Positions 1-13,477 are shown, numbered from the stretch's first letter. The stretch is DNA of 64,000 nucleotides from Podarcis vaucheri (GCA_965113315.1 OZ220365.1); one strand, 5' to 3'. Numbers and translations are program-made. Notes: generated by a model not told the origin, from the letters alone.

Positions 1-1004
1 TAACACTGCTTACCAGGTGGTCTCAGCAAATGTAACTTAGCTTAAAAGTCCTGAGAATGTTCTAGTAGGCTGTTAACAACCAAGTCAGTACTGGAAAAAT
101 GTTCTTTAAACACTTGTGACCACAAATGGCCATTTCACACATAATATGGGAGCAAATACAGGTTTGCCTCAAAATGTGCACACATAGTTGTTGATCTTGA
201 TGACTGCCTGTATGATAGACATGTGCATATTTCAGATGTATAACATTTAAGACACCTTTGTTTATTCCTATAAAAGGAATGTGTATGGTGGCCTAAAGGC
301 AAACCAGTACTGCATTAACACTAACCATACTGGTCTTGAGTCAAACAAGAGTGTAGCGCTGGGGCAAAACAGCCAAGCATTCCAATTCAGAGCTTTTTAA
401 TGAAACAAGCTCAGTTTTCACAATCCATTACACAGCCCTTGCAAGGCTGATACACTAACTTTGTAAAAATGAAACATTACTGTTCGGGTCCAGAAGTAAC
501 CCAGATTGTAAAAGTCGCCCCCGTATGCAAGTGTCAGTTTTATTCATTTCAATTTCAATCCTGATGAATTATTTGCTTTCTCTACCTCACAGAGAGTGAA
601 TATATTAAAAGAGTCTGCAATAAATACATAATATTGTGGAAATGCACACTCTGCAAGGGGCAGATGCTGTTGAAATAGTGAAGACTAAGGTTCTGTGAAT
701 GGAACAATAATGGTGTTATGAGTTTGAAAGGGGACCCCCCTAAACCCTAGAAATTAATAAATGGCAGGACTTTGATTATTTGGGATGTGAAGGGAGAAAT
801 ACAAGCTAAAGAGGAATTCCTGAGCTAGCCTAGGCAAAACTGCCTGGCCAAGATAGGTCTGTTGAGAAACAATACAGCGCCATTGACAATGCAATAGAAC
901 TGTCCGTCCCCACACCCTGAGGTGTGAAAGGAGACTGGGGGTTTAGAAGGTTGCCAGGGTAGCTAGCTGTGAGGTGACAGGAAAAGTGTGCTTTAGGAAG
1001 GTGT

Positions 1005-1703
1005 TGTTATAGGAATTCTAAGGTCCTATATATAAAAAATAAATGTTCATAAATGTACACATAAATGTACATACATAAGTATATAAACCATGTGTCTGAA
1101 ATAGTACAGGAGAACAATCCTGAAGCCAATTTGACTCTCCCAAATTGACCTCCAATATTTCTCTGGGAGGAGGAAGGAAATGGGAAAAGCTTTCCAAGTG
1201 TCTTTGGACTGTAGGGGCTTACACCTCCCTGTAAATACGGTCTGGCAAGTATCTGTTAAGCTGAGCACACTAGCAATATGCGTAAGAGATTCAGGAAGTA
1301 AGTATTTACCATCTCAAAGGAATGGCCAGGCTACCAGGTAATCAGATAAGGCATTATCTGGCAGACAGGAGAGAAGCAACACACACAAATTTCTGCTGGA
1401 GACCACCTCTTTCTGTGATGTATGAATGATGTTTTGGGGGTGGTCTTGAGCTACAGGCTGGGCAATTTCAAAAGTCTATATAAGAGCTTGCACACCAATG
1501 TTCTGGGTTCCTTTCCTCCCTCCCTGCGTGGGGGAACCGTTGCAACAGTTTAATAAAGAACACGCTTACTAGCTGCTTTGCTTCTCAATATTCTCTGGTT
1601 GGCCTCTGTTATTTTCTCCTACTGACAGAGAACCTACTTAAGGATTCTATATGGACTTTTAGATACCCCATAAGGGAAAGGGAGCAGTATTTTTCTTATA
1701 GCA
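1005..1703 (+). mobile_element. Solo LTR (ERV1/Gypsy-type), 699 bp
   Basis: TG...CA ends with imperfect inverted termini TGTTATAGGAA/TTCTTATAGCA; 4-bp TSD GTGT (1001-1004, 1704-1707); TATA-like ctatataag near 1476; AATAAA near 1552. Confidence 0.75.
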
Positions 1704-3083
1704 GTGTGCTGGCTGAGGTGGGCACAGCTGGGTGAGACCAACTCCACCCTGTTCACCACCCAGGTTTCAGTGATACATGCCAGGTCAGGCTCCTCAAAAA
1801 AAGATGAAAAAGAAGAAGTAAGGTGTGCTGAGAAGAAGGGAGAACAAACAGAGAAATCTTAGTATTTTAATTTTTATTATTGTGGTTGGTTTGGTATTTT
1901 TTAGAGCCACTTTATGCATTTAGAAAAGTGCGATGCAAATAAACTAAAATAATTACATACTTAAAACCTACACTTTTATTTTAAAAAATGGGAAATATCA
2001 GATCCGTTTTCTTTTCTTCAGAAAACAGTGAATGAGCTAGGTCTACAGATTGGGTATGAGTATGTGCTTGCTAATGTTAGTTTAGAACATTATCAGACTA
2101 GATACAGAGTCAGACAGACAATTTTCCACTACTTTTGTTTTTGAATACTTATTTTGACTAATCTTTCTACTCAATACATTCCGTTATACAAGCAATTCAT
2201 GCCTTGCATATTTTATCAGATTTCTTTCCCTCCTTCACGTAACAGCAATTGGCTTTGCGCTTTAACAGTGCCAATTCCAAATTTCATATAATCTCTCTTC
2301 AGTTTTAATATGATGACAATTTGTCTGTCACTTATTATGAAATAGAAAAGGCCTGTAATTTTTTTTTCAGGAAGACAGGGAGATCTTTTTATACTGAAGA
2401 AGATCTGTTGAGCCATAAATAAGCAGTTGCCACCTTCAAGGTGGCAAGGGAAGAGAGAGAGAACAAGATAATTTTTGCACTGTATGGTATGATTTTATTA
2501 AATGTACAAATGAAACAACACACAGATGAGAAATACCTACAACGTATATTGCAATATGGCATAGATAAGCAGGGACTACACATTAGCTCACTCTTATTAT
2601 TCTGTGTTTTCCAGGTTGATCTATCGAAGAATTCAATGAACTGGTTTACTATTCATCACCTCATGTTTCACCCCTCTAGTGACCCATTTTTTGGTCGGCC
2701 ATGACAAGTTTTATCATTTATATGTGTAAATGATTTTTTTCACCTCAGGTTGTGAAATGGGCTGGGCCACCCCCGCGTTAAGAGGCAGGGTACAAGAAAG
2801 AGTCTATTCAGCAGCCTCAGCTTTTGTAGCTGACAAGGTCCCTGCCTCCCAAGACAGGTGGGAAAATCTGATTTGTCGGGGTTTTTTAAAAGTAGCTTCT
2901 ACTGTGTTTTTAAATGGTAACAAACACCAGCGTTAGTTTACATATATTAAACTATTTTGGTCCTCAGGATGTCAACAATATAAGTCTCTTTTGCCAAACG
3001 TCCTAAATTTATTTTTTTACAGTTCAATAACACCAATTGAATTATATCACTGCAACTCGTGAGGTCAGAGGCAGGAAACTCAC

Positions 3084-3137
3084 CTTCTCACCGGGAAAAC
3101 CAGGGGTGCCATTTTCTCCTTTAGCTCCTTCTTCACC
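3084..3137 (-). CDS. COL19A1: Collagen XIX alpha-1, exon 10 (54 bp Gly-X-Y)
   Basis: ttacag|GGT GAA GAA...GAG AAG|gtgagt; encodes GEEGAKGENGTPGFPGEK. Confidence 0.93.
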
Positions 3138-5892
3138 CTGTAAAGTAAATTGTAGATCAGATTTGTCAGCTTGTCCAAGTTGTTCTTTAAGAAAACATTC
3201 AGCCCCTCAAAAGTTTGATTCTGCTTTATTTTTTATTCCATTATTTCTACTGAACAAGAACAGCAAAAGAGTACCACAAGCTGAGAGACAGACAGCCAAC
3301 AGACTTCCTGCTAAGATGGAGATGGGATCAGACACGCCTAGATGAGCTGCCTTTTCAAGCTGTGTTTCTCGGTGCCTAAAAGCAAATGTACCTCTTTTGA
3401 ATCCTTGTGAACCTCACTGAAGGCAGATGGGTGGCATTCACACCTTAATCTCCTTCATTAACTGTGCTAATGGGCCATAATTCTGCAGTTCCCCAAGGGC
3501 CTAAGGCTGCCTCCCCACCAGGGCCTAAGAGCACAATTCCCCCAACTCTGCTTCAGAAGAAGCAAAGGAGGGTTTTCTTCTGCACTTTAAAAAAAACCAT
3601 GGCAGCAGATTTAAAAACAATATTAAAAAATCAGTGGATGTGCTACAGATCTCAGTCGATACACTAAACAACCATTTGGGAGAGTAGGTGAAACAAGGCT
3701 GGCACAAAGGACTGGGGGAGAGAGATCATTAATATACATGGCCCTATAGGCTGATATCAAGGCTGCTTGTGAAAAACCTCAAACTCTCACCAGAACAATT
3801 TGGGAATTATTGGGAACCCCACAAATTTCATTGGCTCTCCATTGCATGCTGTTTTAGATTTATCCCTTCAATAAGATATCGAGCTCCAAGATCTTTTTAT
3901 CTCACCACACAGGAAGGAGGCCACTCCTATGGCCTTTGCTGTAAAATTCCTCCAATCCCCACCAAGGAAGATATTCTCAAATATGCAAGAGAGAAGGGAA
4001 TGTTTCATTGGGTTGACTGTAATAATGTGTGCATTATTATATTCCCCAACCACCCAAAAAAGGTGGTTGAGAGTTGTTTTCAGAGGTATGCCAGATGGCA
4101 AGAGACAGAAACACAAGCTTTTACATTTGACATCCAGAAATCTTTTGTCTTTGACATGCAGGCCACATAAGGACGCAATGAGGCATCAGTCGAGGACTTC
4201 CTTACGCAACACCCAGCTGAAGAGTGATGTGAAATACACCATGCTAATTTCCTTCAAACATATGGCTTGATGTTATCTCTTGGGACAAAGGCTGAACAGA
4301 CAGCCTCTCCTGCCATAACATTTTATCTCTCTTTTGTTGGAATTCCCTTTACGCTTTCTCCATCCTGCCCCCTCCACACCTCGCACAATATCTTCATTCC
4401 TTTTTCAGTTCCTTCGATTCACTTCTAACATAAGAATTTGTGGGGTGGCGGTGGCTGCTGGTCATAATACCCCTTTTCACTTTCATCATACCACCAGTGC
4501 TTGCTTGATCTGCACAACAGGCTTAGAGTTTATAGGTATGGCCCATGAGAAATATCATTTTATAAAACTCATCTCTCCCTTTCACCACACACACACTGTA
4601 CCAACCCCAACTCACTTTTGTCCTAGTTGTTATATGTGAAATGGATATTAACTGGAATAGGACTGTGATTATTTCAGAGTTGGTCTTTGTAGGCGTGTGC
4701 AATGTTAAACTAATATAATGTAATATAATGTAAAGGCCCCAGGATGGTTCCCTTTTCCTCCCTCCCTTCCATAGCTGTCCCTTATTCCGAATAGGATTCC
4801 TCGCAAGAACAGGGAAAAGTTAACAGCTATGCTCCCTTCCTGCTGTAATGATGTTGAATAGGCACATTTCAGCTTTGGTTCCCCATAGCCTCTTACTTTT
4901 GATAGCTTGGCATGGCCAAGTTTGGGGCCAAGTTTGTTGGCAGGCTGGAACAACCTCTCCCATTGTAATATTGGATGGATTGGTGCTCCTTCCCTGGAAG
5001 AACATTAGGAAATTTGTGTTTCAAGGCAAGAAGCAAGTCCCACTCCTATAATCTGAATAGTTTAATCTTTCTTTATTATTATTACTCCCTCCCTTTTTAA
5101 AGATAATTTATCAACTGTTCTCCTTCCCAATATTTTTTTTTTTATCTGACCGGGATAACATGTTACAGATAGTGCTGCTAATGTCTTAACATTTTTGTTT
5201 CTTCTGATATGTGAAGAATATTACCTAGTTTTCTATTCCCATTGCCTCCACCTCTGCAAATTTTTACATAAGAATTAGCCTTCTCGGGCCTAAAAACGAA
5301 TAGTGAATCCTGAAATTGATGGGGCTCATCTCTCTGTTGCACTCCCCCAGTACACTAATTTTCAGAGAATACTGCTATGCCTACATCTCCAATTTCCATG
5401 AATCTCCTGGGGCACCTCGTTAAATACAAACTAGTGTTAACCACAGGTTTAAAAAATTGAGAGCAGAAATTGTCCTCAGTGAAGACAGCCACATTCCTAA
5501 AACAGGCAGGCATACATTATGCGAGTGCTGAGTAAGTGAGGCTTATGACTGCGATCTCTCTCAAAAAAAGCCAAAGGGGTAGTTACCCTGCTTTGCAAAT
5601 CTTAAACTTTGCAACTAGAGAAGGAAATCAAGGACCCTGAAGGTCATTTTATATTACACTGCTGGGTAAAAATTAGCAATCATAAATATTTATGACCCCA
5701 ATGTAGACTTCCGATCACAATTTCACGACTATTTTCAACATCTACAGGTGCTGTCCTATGACCATTTAATCATAACGGGAGATTTTTATTTTATCCTAAA
5801 TAATGTTTTGGACTGTAATACCTTTCTTCTGCATGCAACATCACAGACTAGTTTGCCAATATTACAAAAGTACAAGTCATAGATATTAAATA

Positions 5893-5945
5893 CAGTGGTA
5901 CCTCACGTATGTAACCTGAAGCGTATGTAACTCGAGGTACCACTG
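5893..5945. mobile_element. Minimal 53-bp Tc1/mariner (Tigger-like) MITE
   Basis: TA|CAGTGGTACCTC...GAGGTACCACTG|TA; the internal part equals the right end of the 40122/46421/52575 family. Confidence 0.85.
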
Positions 5946-6398
5946 TACTCTAGTGAGTCGGACTATACATTTCTCTCTACTGTAACCAAAATTGTTTTAG
6001 GCCAGATTACAGTATTTTCAGATATCCAAGACTTTGATCTGTATGAAGGTTGCTTGCAAAATTGACAAAATAGCCAATTCAGACAACACAGCAGTTTTTC
6101 CCCAAAAATACAACTGGGCGTATCTGTTCCTTCCATGTCAAAGAGGCAGCTCAATTCATCACTTTTGAATGATCAGGGCTTCAATACACAAATGCACACA
6201 GAACTGATTGACTTTCTTTTTTCAAATTAATCAAGGTTCAATCTCTTCCAAGGCCAGGATAATGGATGCTGCTAGGGAAAAATGGGAAAATAACTCTTTA
6301 ATGCTACATGAAGCTCATCCCAGTCCTGTCCACTGCAAAATATAAGCCCCCCCCCCAAAAAAAACCTATATAGCAGCAACAACAGAATTTACATTAAC

Positions 6399-6652
6399 CA
6401 TGGGTAGACAAACTAAGGCCCAGGGGCCAGATCCGGCCCAATCGCCTTCTAAATCCGGCCTGCGGATGGTCCAGGAATCAGCGTGTTTTTACATGAGTAG
6501 AATGTGTCATTTTATTTAAAATGCATCTCTGGGTTATTTGTGGGGCATATGAATTTGTTCATTTTTCTTCTTCAAAATATAGTCTGCCCCCCCCCACAAG
6601 GTCTGAGGGACAGTGGACCAGCCCCCCTGATGAAAAAGTTTGCCGACCCCTG
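6399..6652 (+). mobile_element. hAT MITE (hAT1/OC1-like), single internal unit
   Basis: CATGGGTAGACAAACT...AGTTTGCCGACCCCTG termini; near-identical to 49104-49720. Confidence 0.85.
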
Positions 6653-9600
6653 AGTCATCAACCTATCAGAAGCAAAGTTACTGGAATAAAGGGGGGAAAC
6701 CTAGTAAATTCTTGGTCTACTGTCACCTTCAGCTTATAAAATCTAGAAACATAACTCCTGCAGTTAGACGGACAGAGACAAGCTCAACATAAATTGGAAA
6801 TGCAGTTCTTCAAACTATAAAGAAAAAAGTAGGGGTTAATGTTGAAAAACTAAATTGACTTTTTTCAAAACCATAAGTTCACTTTCTCAGTTAGTATATG
6901 AATTCATGGCATTTGATACACACAAATATCTGTATGAAGTGCATTTGATTAGGTCACACAGGAGGGGGATCCACTTGTACATTGTAGATTACAAAATCCC
7001 AGTGATAACTTTCAGTTTGCTGCAGAGAACAACTCAGTGCTGAATACAAAAGGCCATACTTATTCCAATTTTAAGAATTTAGTGCTTTCACAAAACTATT
7101 GAAATAATATGTAAAACCCACTGTCCATTTGTACAAGTATAATGATAATTGTAAACTGAATGAGCCTGCCATACACTACTTTTGAAACTGGAGATAAACC
7201 CCGTGTATTATATAGTACTTTCTTCAGTAAGAAAGCCTTCTGATCACAATATTGTAAAATAAATATTTTAAAGGCCACCTCACAACAGTCTTTAGAAACA
7301 ATTGTCTAAGGAAGAGATTCCCTTCTGCATGTTTCAGACTTCAGGAATTATATAGCCTGGGGAACTGTCCACTAGTGTGCTCATAATCGTATATGTTTCA
7401 GTTGATCTGGAATTAAAGAAAAACAAGAAAGCAGTATTCTAGTACACAATAATAATAATAATGACAAGCCACATATGTTTGCCTTCTAATGCATAAATAA
7501 ATGAAAAAGGTTTTGCTAGTATTATGAAACTAATCTGATTCTGAAGGCACTTCTTGCATGATAAATGTTTATACCCCTCTGCCCTATTGCTTTACATTGC
7601 TTGAGAATGTCATATATTGCATTATTCTAATATATGGGCTAATCTGTTCAGACTGTTTGGTTAAAGTGGTATTTCAGGAGGCTGAATTAAATGTGAGTGT
7701 TCAAAAGAAAAAGGAATTTCAAATCTAAGCTACATGTGGATTTGATTCCTGGCTTCTGCCATTATATCGTAGATGGAACAACCGCTGTGGATTTGATGTG
7801 CTTGAGGGTTACCTCACCAACACAATGAGTCAGATATTTCATTAGAAGCAGGTCTCTGAGGTATAAATGGCTTATGTTTCTGAAATGTCTCCTCCTTTTG
7901 AATCGTAATTACCTTTAGGTTGTGTCCAACCCTAAAATCACATGAATCATTAGGACATAATTTAGCTGACCTTTCTCAGTGAATATTGTTTATACATGCA
8001 ACACACCCCAGTACAGAAAAAAAGTTTTGAAATATTAAGACACATTGGGTTGGATGTAGAGTATTTGTGTGGAACTCTGCACACGGATGGTCCTGCTACG
8101 GGGAAGGGTTGATTGCCAATTCCTCCTTTCCTTAACAAGCTGCTCTGGAAGGTTAGGAGACCTTTCAGAACAATGTAGGAGATGGTTTGAAAAGTTGCAT
8201 TGGGAAGTGTAAATAAGTAAAAATCACCTGCCCTCCTGTCGCTGGGTGTTTCAGTCCCTTCTGTAAATGGAATGAGCCCTTCAGGGACAGTCCGGATTCA
8301 TATCAGTATGCCAGACTCTATTAAGATTCTACTAATGCTCATAAAGTTAAGTAAAACAGGTGAGATGAGATAAATAGATGTTTGTGAAAAGAAAGCTGAG
8401 TCTGTTAGAATACCTCTTGGGATAAGCAACTGCCCATAAGGCTAGGGTATGGTTTTATTCTTTGCTAGTCTGAAGAACAGCAGTTGCATATAAATGATGG
8501 AAAGCAATAAGGCAAGCAATCGAGTTAATATTTTTCTAAAAATAAGGCATTTTTGCAAGTCACTACTCCTTTATATACACTAAATTGCCTCCATGAGCTA
8601 CATCCTGCAGCTTTTATACCTGTCTTCCTGAAATCACAGCATTCATCTGCAGAAACTCAAAGGGCTGCACCTGTAAAAACCAGCTGGCACCACTTATTTA
8701 TTGGCATGTGAGCAGGGGGTGGGGAGGGGGTGGGATGAGCAAATCAAGCAAAATGAGCTGCACATGCTTGCACTCATTCCAGAAATTCACACCCAGTGAA
8801 TTGAAGTAATGATGTTTAGTGTTTCTCATTGAAACGGTTTTGAATGCAGACATACTAAGTTGGTTCAGTCACCAGCAGCAGGATGAAATCCTGACTATGT
8901 TTATTAGCAACTGCCACCAGCACTTAGGAAAAGAAGAAGAGAGGGTGAGCAGAAATTAATCATGTCAGTTTCTGTGACTGCCCACGGAATGAGCATTACA
9001 TCATATTTTGCTTCCTGTGCTGCTTCCAGCTATTTTAAGAGAGCTCCTAACCATTTCGTTGTCTCTTGAAATATATTTTTACACATTGCATACTCTGAAT
9101 TCATGCAGTTCTATGTCTGCTATTCTTTTTTTATTACAAAAAAGACTTTAGTGTGACTAACTAGAAACCATGCTAAATATACACAGCTGCTTCATGACAA
9201 CAGTAAATCAACTTCCCCTCCCCTTAAGCCTTTAAGATAACTATGTACTACAGCAAATTAGATTATGAAGTTATGCCTACATCATGTAATTGTCACTTTA
9301 ATAAGCAGAGGCCAGACTCAAATCAAACAAACTCTTCAGTCCATGCACAGCTGAACTAGGTTCAGGGCAGCCAACATTTGACCCATGAGGCAGTTTGTGT
9401 GCTATTTGGGGTTCATACTACCCTGAGCATTTTATTTAACCCACTCACCCCCTTTTGATTATCTGTTTATTAAGATTCCTGTAAGTCATATAAGAATGTA
9501 GAATAAATTGTTAAAACTTCTTTCAAAGTTTTTACGGACTATCTATTAGTTCCTATGGTATTAGTCATTCCTAGACCCTCCAACGATGATTCACATTCCT

Positions 9601-10279
9601 AGAAACCAGGGAAGGCTTCTAATCCCTTTGCTGCAACCTTTTAACTCTAGGGTCCCTAATGTGGTGCCCGTGGGTACAAAGGGACCCTTGAGGTGCCTGG
9701 GAAGCCTCTGAGCTCCCCTCACGGCCCTTTTCATCATGAGGTGGTGAGGACTGTTATAGAACTGAAGGAGGAAGCTAGGAGGGCAATGGTCTCCCCAACT
9801 TCCTCTCTGAAATCTATGTGATTTTCAAGGCTCAGGCTGCAATCTGAGCAGCCAAACAGAAAGTAGACTGAGCAACTGAGAAGCTAAGAGGGAAAGTGGA
9901 GCAATATGGAAGACTTCAGGGGAGTAAAACAGAGCAACTGGGGGAGGCAGGGAGAACAAAGTGGGGTGTCACAGGAGAAGAGAATGAACTGTCAGAGGAA
10001 TGGAGAAGGCAATGCTATGCACACTCAGATATGTTAGATCCAGTGTTTGCATGTGCATGTAGGGAGATGGAAGAGAAGCACCTATGACGCTCTCTCAAAA
10101 ATCTCAATGTGTCCACTGGCCCAATAATGTGTCACCTTTCTCAGTGAATTTTGTTCATACGTGCCACACACCCCAGTACAGAAAAACAGGTTCCTCCAAC
10201 CTAAGGTAGTAGAATGGATTGTACCGCTTCAGACTACGGGTGGAGGATATTGGTTCTGAATGCCCTGCTATGGATGGAT

Positions 10280-10850
10280 GAATTTATTTATATATTTATT
10301 TTATTTTTATTCCACCTTTCATCCCCAAAGAGCCCAGTGTGACAAACAAATCAATAATAAAAACAATTCTTTAAAACTTTTAAAGAAAAAACAGTTTAAA
10401 GATTCTCTCAACCAGTGTGTGTTGCCAACAACAGTGACTTCAGCTATCAAACACTTAGGTAAGCAGGAATGTCATAAATTCCAGCTGAAAGTCAATAATG
10501 AGGGAGACAGACACACCTTACCAGTGAGGGCAGTCTACAGCAATGGGACAATCAATGAAAAGACCTTGTCATTGGTCAATGCCAAGCCCCAGTGACAGCA
10601 CCACCAGTAAGAACTGACCTGCCAACCATAGGATCTAATATTGTTGACATTGGGGAAGGCAGTTTTGGGTACCTGGGTCCCAAGCCATTTAGAACTTTAT
10701 ATGCTAGTACTAACACCTTAAATTTCGGCTTAGTAGCTCACTGGCAGCCAATGCAGCATTTTCATGACCAGTGACAATTATCAGCTTCAGTCTCCAAAAC
10801 ATATTCGAGGGCAGCCCCACAAACAGCCCAAGTAACAAAGTACCACAAAA
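10280..10850 (-). mobile_element. L2 LINE 3' fragment
   Basis: Minus strand encodes decayed LHWLPV...FKVLVLAYKVLNGLGP, typical of the L2 ORF2 C-terminus, followed by an A/T-rich tail; ends approximate. Confidence 0.75.
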
Positions 10851-11383
10851 GGTGTCTGTCCAGATTAATTATTCTCTCCCAGTCTCTTTCATTCTGCACT
10901 AGTTTTCTATTTTCAAGTAATTTCTTGTTTGAATGTAAAGAAAACACTCATAAATGTAATCCCTGACATGAAGCCTGAATTGATGCAGTCCATTCTAGCA
11001 GCACCTTGTTCTGTCATCTCAAAGGTCACCCAGAGCTTTGGACTAAATCAACCTTCCTCAACCTGGTGTCTTCCAATGGCCAGAGATGATGGGAGTTATT
11101 GTCAAAAACATCTGGGGTGCACGAGGTTGGGGACGGCTAGACTATAGCTTCAGTCCTACGGATCTGTTAAATATGCCTAGCTGCATTCAAAGAAATTTGA
11201 TTTCATTTCAAATAAATGTGTTTGGCATTGAGCTGTCAGTGTGTTAACTGCAGGTTTTGCTTTGTTTTTTAAATCAACGTAACTGAAACTCCCAGAAGAA
11301 ATATGGAAGGAAAGAACGATACAAGACAGGAAAAAGGGGTCAAACAAGAAGAAACATAGCATGGGTCCATGAAAGGTAGAATA

Positions 11384-11970
11384 TGTCAAAGTAATCTGGA
11401 AAAGATAATTGGTTTTCTGGACAAGGGCAATGCAGTCAGTTTAGTCTGTTTAGATTTCAGCAAAGCATCTGATATTGCACCATATGGGAGATCTCTACCT
11501 AAATTGGAAATCATGGACTGTAAGGTAGCACTGTGGATGGATAGATAAGAAACTGGTTAAAACAATACTCAAAGGTCTGCACAGAAAGGCAATTTTTTCA
11601 CATTGCAGAGTGTGGATACATCAAAGTTCAACTCTGGAAAACTTATTTACATTCAGATGGCTGGTAGGGGGAGTAGGCGGATGTTGAGGAAATCTGATAT
11701 ACAGTTGGAATATGCTGGTGAAATTAGGAGGCATAATGAACATAACTGAGGGTCATCGGAGTATCAGAAACAGGATGAGATATAATTATGATATCGCCAT
11801 GTTTTTGACATTAGTAATACTTCAGTCTGCACTTAGAAATCATGAACTGGAAATGGAGAAAAGGAAAGCTCCATTGAAGATAAGTACTAAGAGCCGCCAA
11901 TATTATTCCTCTAAATAGTGAATTTCCGTTCAAGCGATATGCAGCAATGTTCACAGGGTTAAATAACCTA
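11384..11970 (+). mobile_element. Degenerate old CR1 ORF2 fragment
   Basis: Decayed CQSNL..DKGNAV..LDFSKA.D..P motif (ttagatttcagcaaagcatctgat), multiple stops; ends approximate. Confidence 0.7.
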
Positions 11971-13215
11971 TCATGATACAAGAGCAAAAGAGGACTTCAA
12001 AAAAAAAAAGTTAACAAGACAGGCGCTAAAGTGCATGTATTATTGTACCCAACAAATGTCACAGAGCAGCAGTCATCAAACAAAACAGAGAAAAATATAC
12101 CCTCCCCACAAAAAAGCCCCCAATCCTCAGTTAGTGGGATCCAGGCTTATTCCTGCACACCTGGAAGAATTTCTTCTATTTTCACATGGAATTGGGGATT
12201 CAGCAGAGCATCTATGCTGGAAGAAGGTGGGGTGGCAATTATTGCCAATACTGCCTTCTCTCTGCAGTCCCCAGTACAACCTCTCTTGCTCTTCTAGGGG
12301 GTCCCCCAACCATCTTTTCAGCAAGCAAAGGGGCAAGGAAGAATCAGCAAAAATTGTCACCCCACACCATCTTTCCCAACACCAATGGTAATCTGCTGAG
12401 GACAAGTGAGGACCCAACTCAATTCCCACATAACACAAACATGCAGGACTCAGGCATAACTCCACCTGATAAAGCACAGGACTCTATGGAGAGAAGGAGG
12501 GATTGTAATAAATGAAATGCATGTCCCAGGCGGTTATTGGAGATTGGTTGGTTGTGGTTAAGTAGGGGACTAATTATTCTGTTACTCTGATGGAGTTTAT
12601 TCTGAAGTTACTGTACTGATACACAAGTATCCAGTCCCAAAAGTACGTTGCTTGGTTGTAAGTTGCTTTGGGTTGCCTTGAACAAATTTAATAAAATAAT
12701 AATAATATACAGTAGGTAGGAAGCCATCAGAATTAGGGCAGTCTTGGCACAAAATGAAGGCTAGAGAGGACACAGAATCTGTTCTTCAGCTTCAGTATTA
12801 GATCATAACCAGTCTGGGTACAGGGCTGGGTACAGGGTCAAAGGAGGCATAAAAGAAGGCTGGGGGCAGGAGAGGGCATAGTGAGGGTCACCAAGATGAG
12901 CTATAAGAATGGCCTTGCAGAGCAGGTTACATAAGGAAGACATCGTCTTGTAATGCTATTCCCAGATGGATTCTGGGCAAATAAAATGATGGCTGCTGGC
13001 CATTTCCCAACATGTTCTGCATGCTGCTCCTTCATTTTGCCTGCCCCAGCAAAAAAAAACCCCACAAAAAAACAAAAGTCAGAATTACCCCACCACATCC
13101 ATACACCCAAGTCAAACTTGCAAAATTGGGTGGGTTGTGATTTTTTATTGGTAACTTATCCCTAAAACTGTCTGAATCCCTTCTACTGCTGGGACTTGAG
13201 GCAATAATAAGCCCT

Positions 13216-13477
13216 GACACGGGTGGTGCTGTGGGTTAAACCACAGAGCCTAGAACTTGCCGATCAGAAGGTCGGCGGTTCAAATCCCTGCGACGGCGTT
13301 TCCGTGCGCTGCTCTGGTTCGCCAGAAGCAGCTTAGTCATGCTGGCCACATGACTTGGAAGCTGTCTGCAGACAAACGCCAGCACCCTTGGCCAATAAAG
13401 CGAGATGAGCGTCACAACCCCAGAGTCAGTCACGACTGGACCTAATGGTCAGGGGTCCCTTTACCTTTACCTTTACC
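13216..13477 (+). mobile_element. Sauria SINE (Squam1) with internal 106-bp deletion
   Basis: tRNA-like head (gggtggtgctgtgggttaaaccac...ggttcaaatcc), body, (ACCTTT)n tail; aligns with the copy at 30539-30896. Confidence 0.9.

Noticed and set aside
1-3083. Searched for COL19A1 exon 11 (next Gly-X-Y exon)
   Set aside because: No AG-(Gly-X-Y)n-GT segment found on the minus strand; probably lies outside the window.
3037-3345. Plus-strand ORF with a Pro/Gly-rich segment (FSPGKPGVPFSPLAPSSP)
   Set aside because: It is the antisense shadow of collagen exon 10.
3769-4270. Overlapping 133-aa and 113-aa ORFs
   Set aside because: No recognisable domain, non-ATG or weak starts, no splice context; lengths expected by chance in 64 kb.
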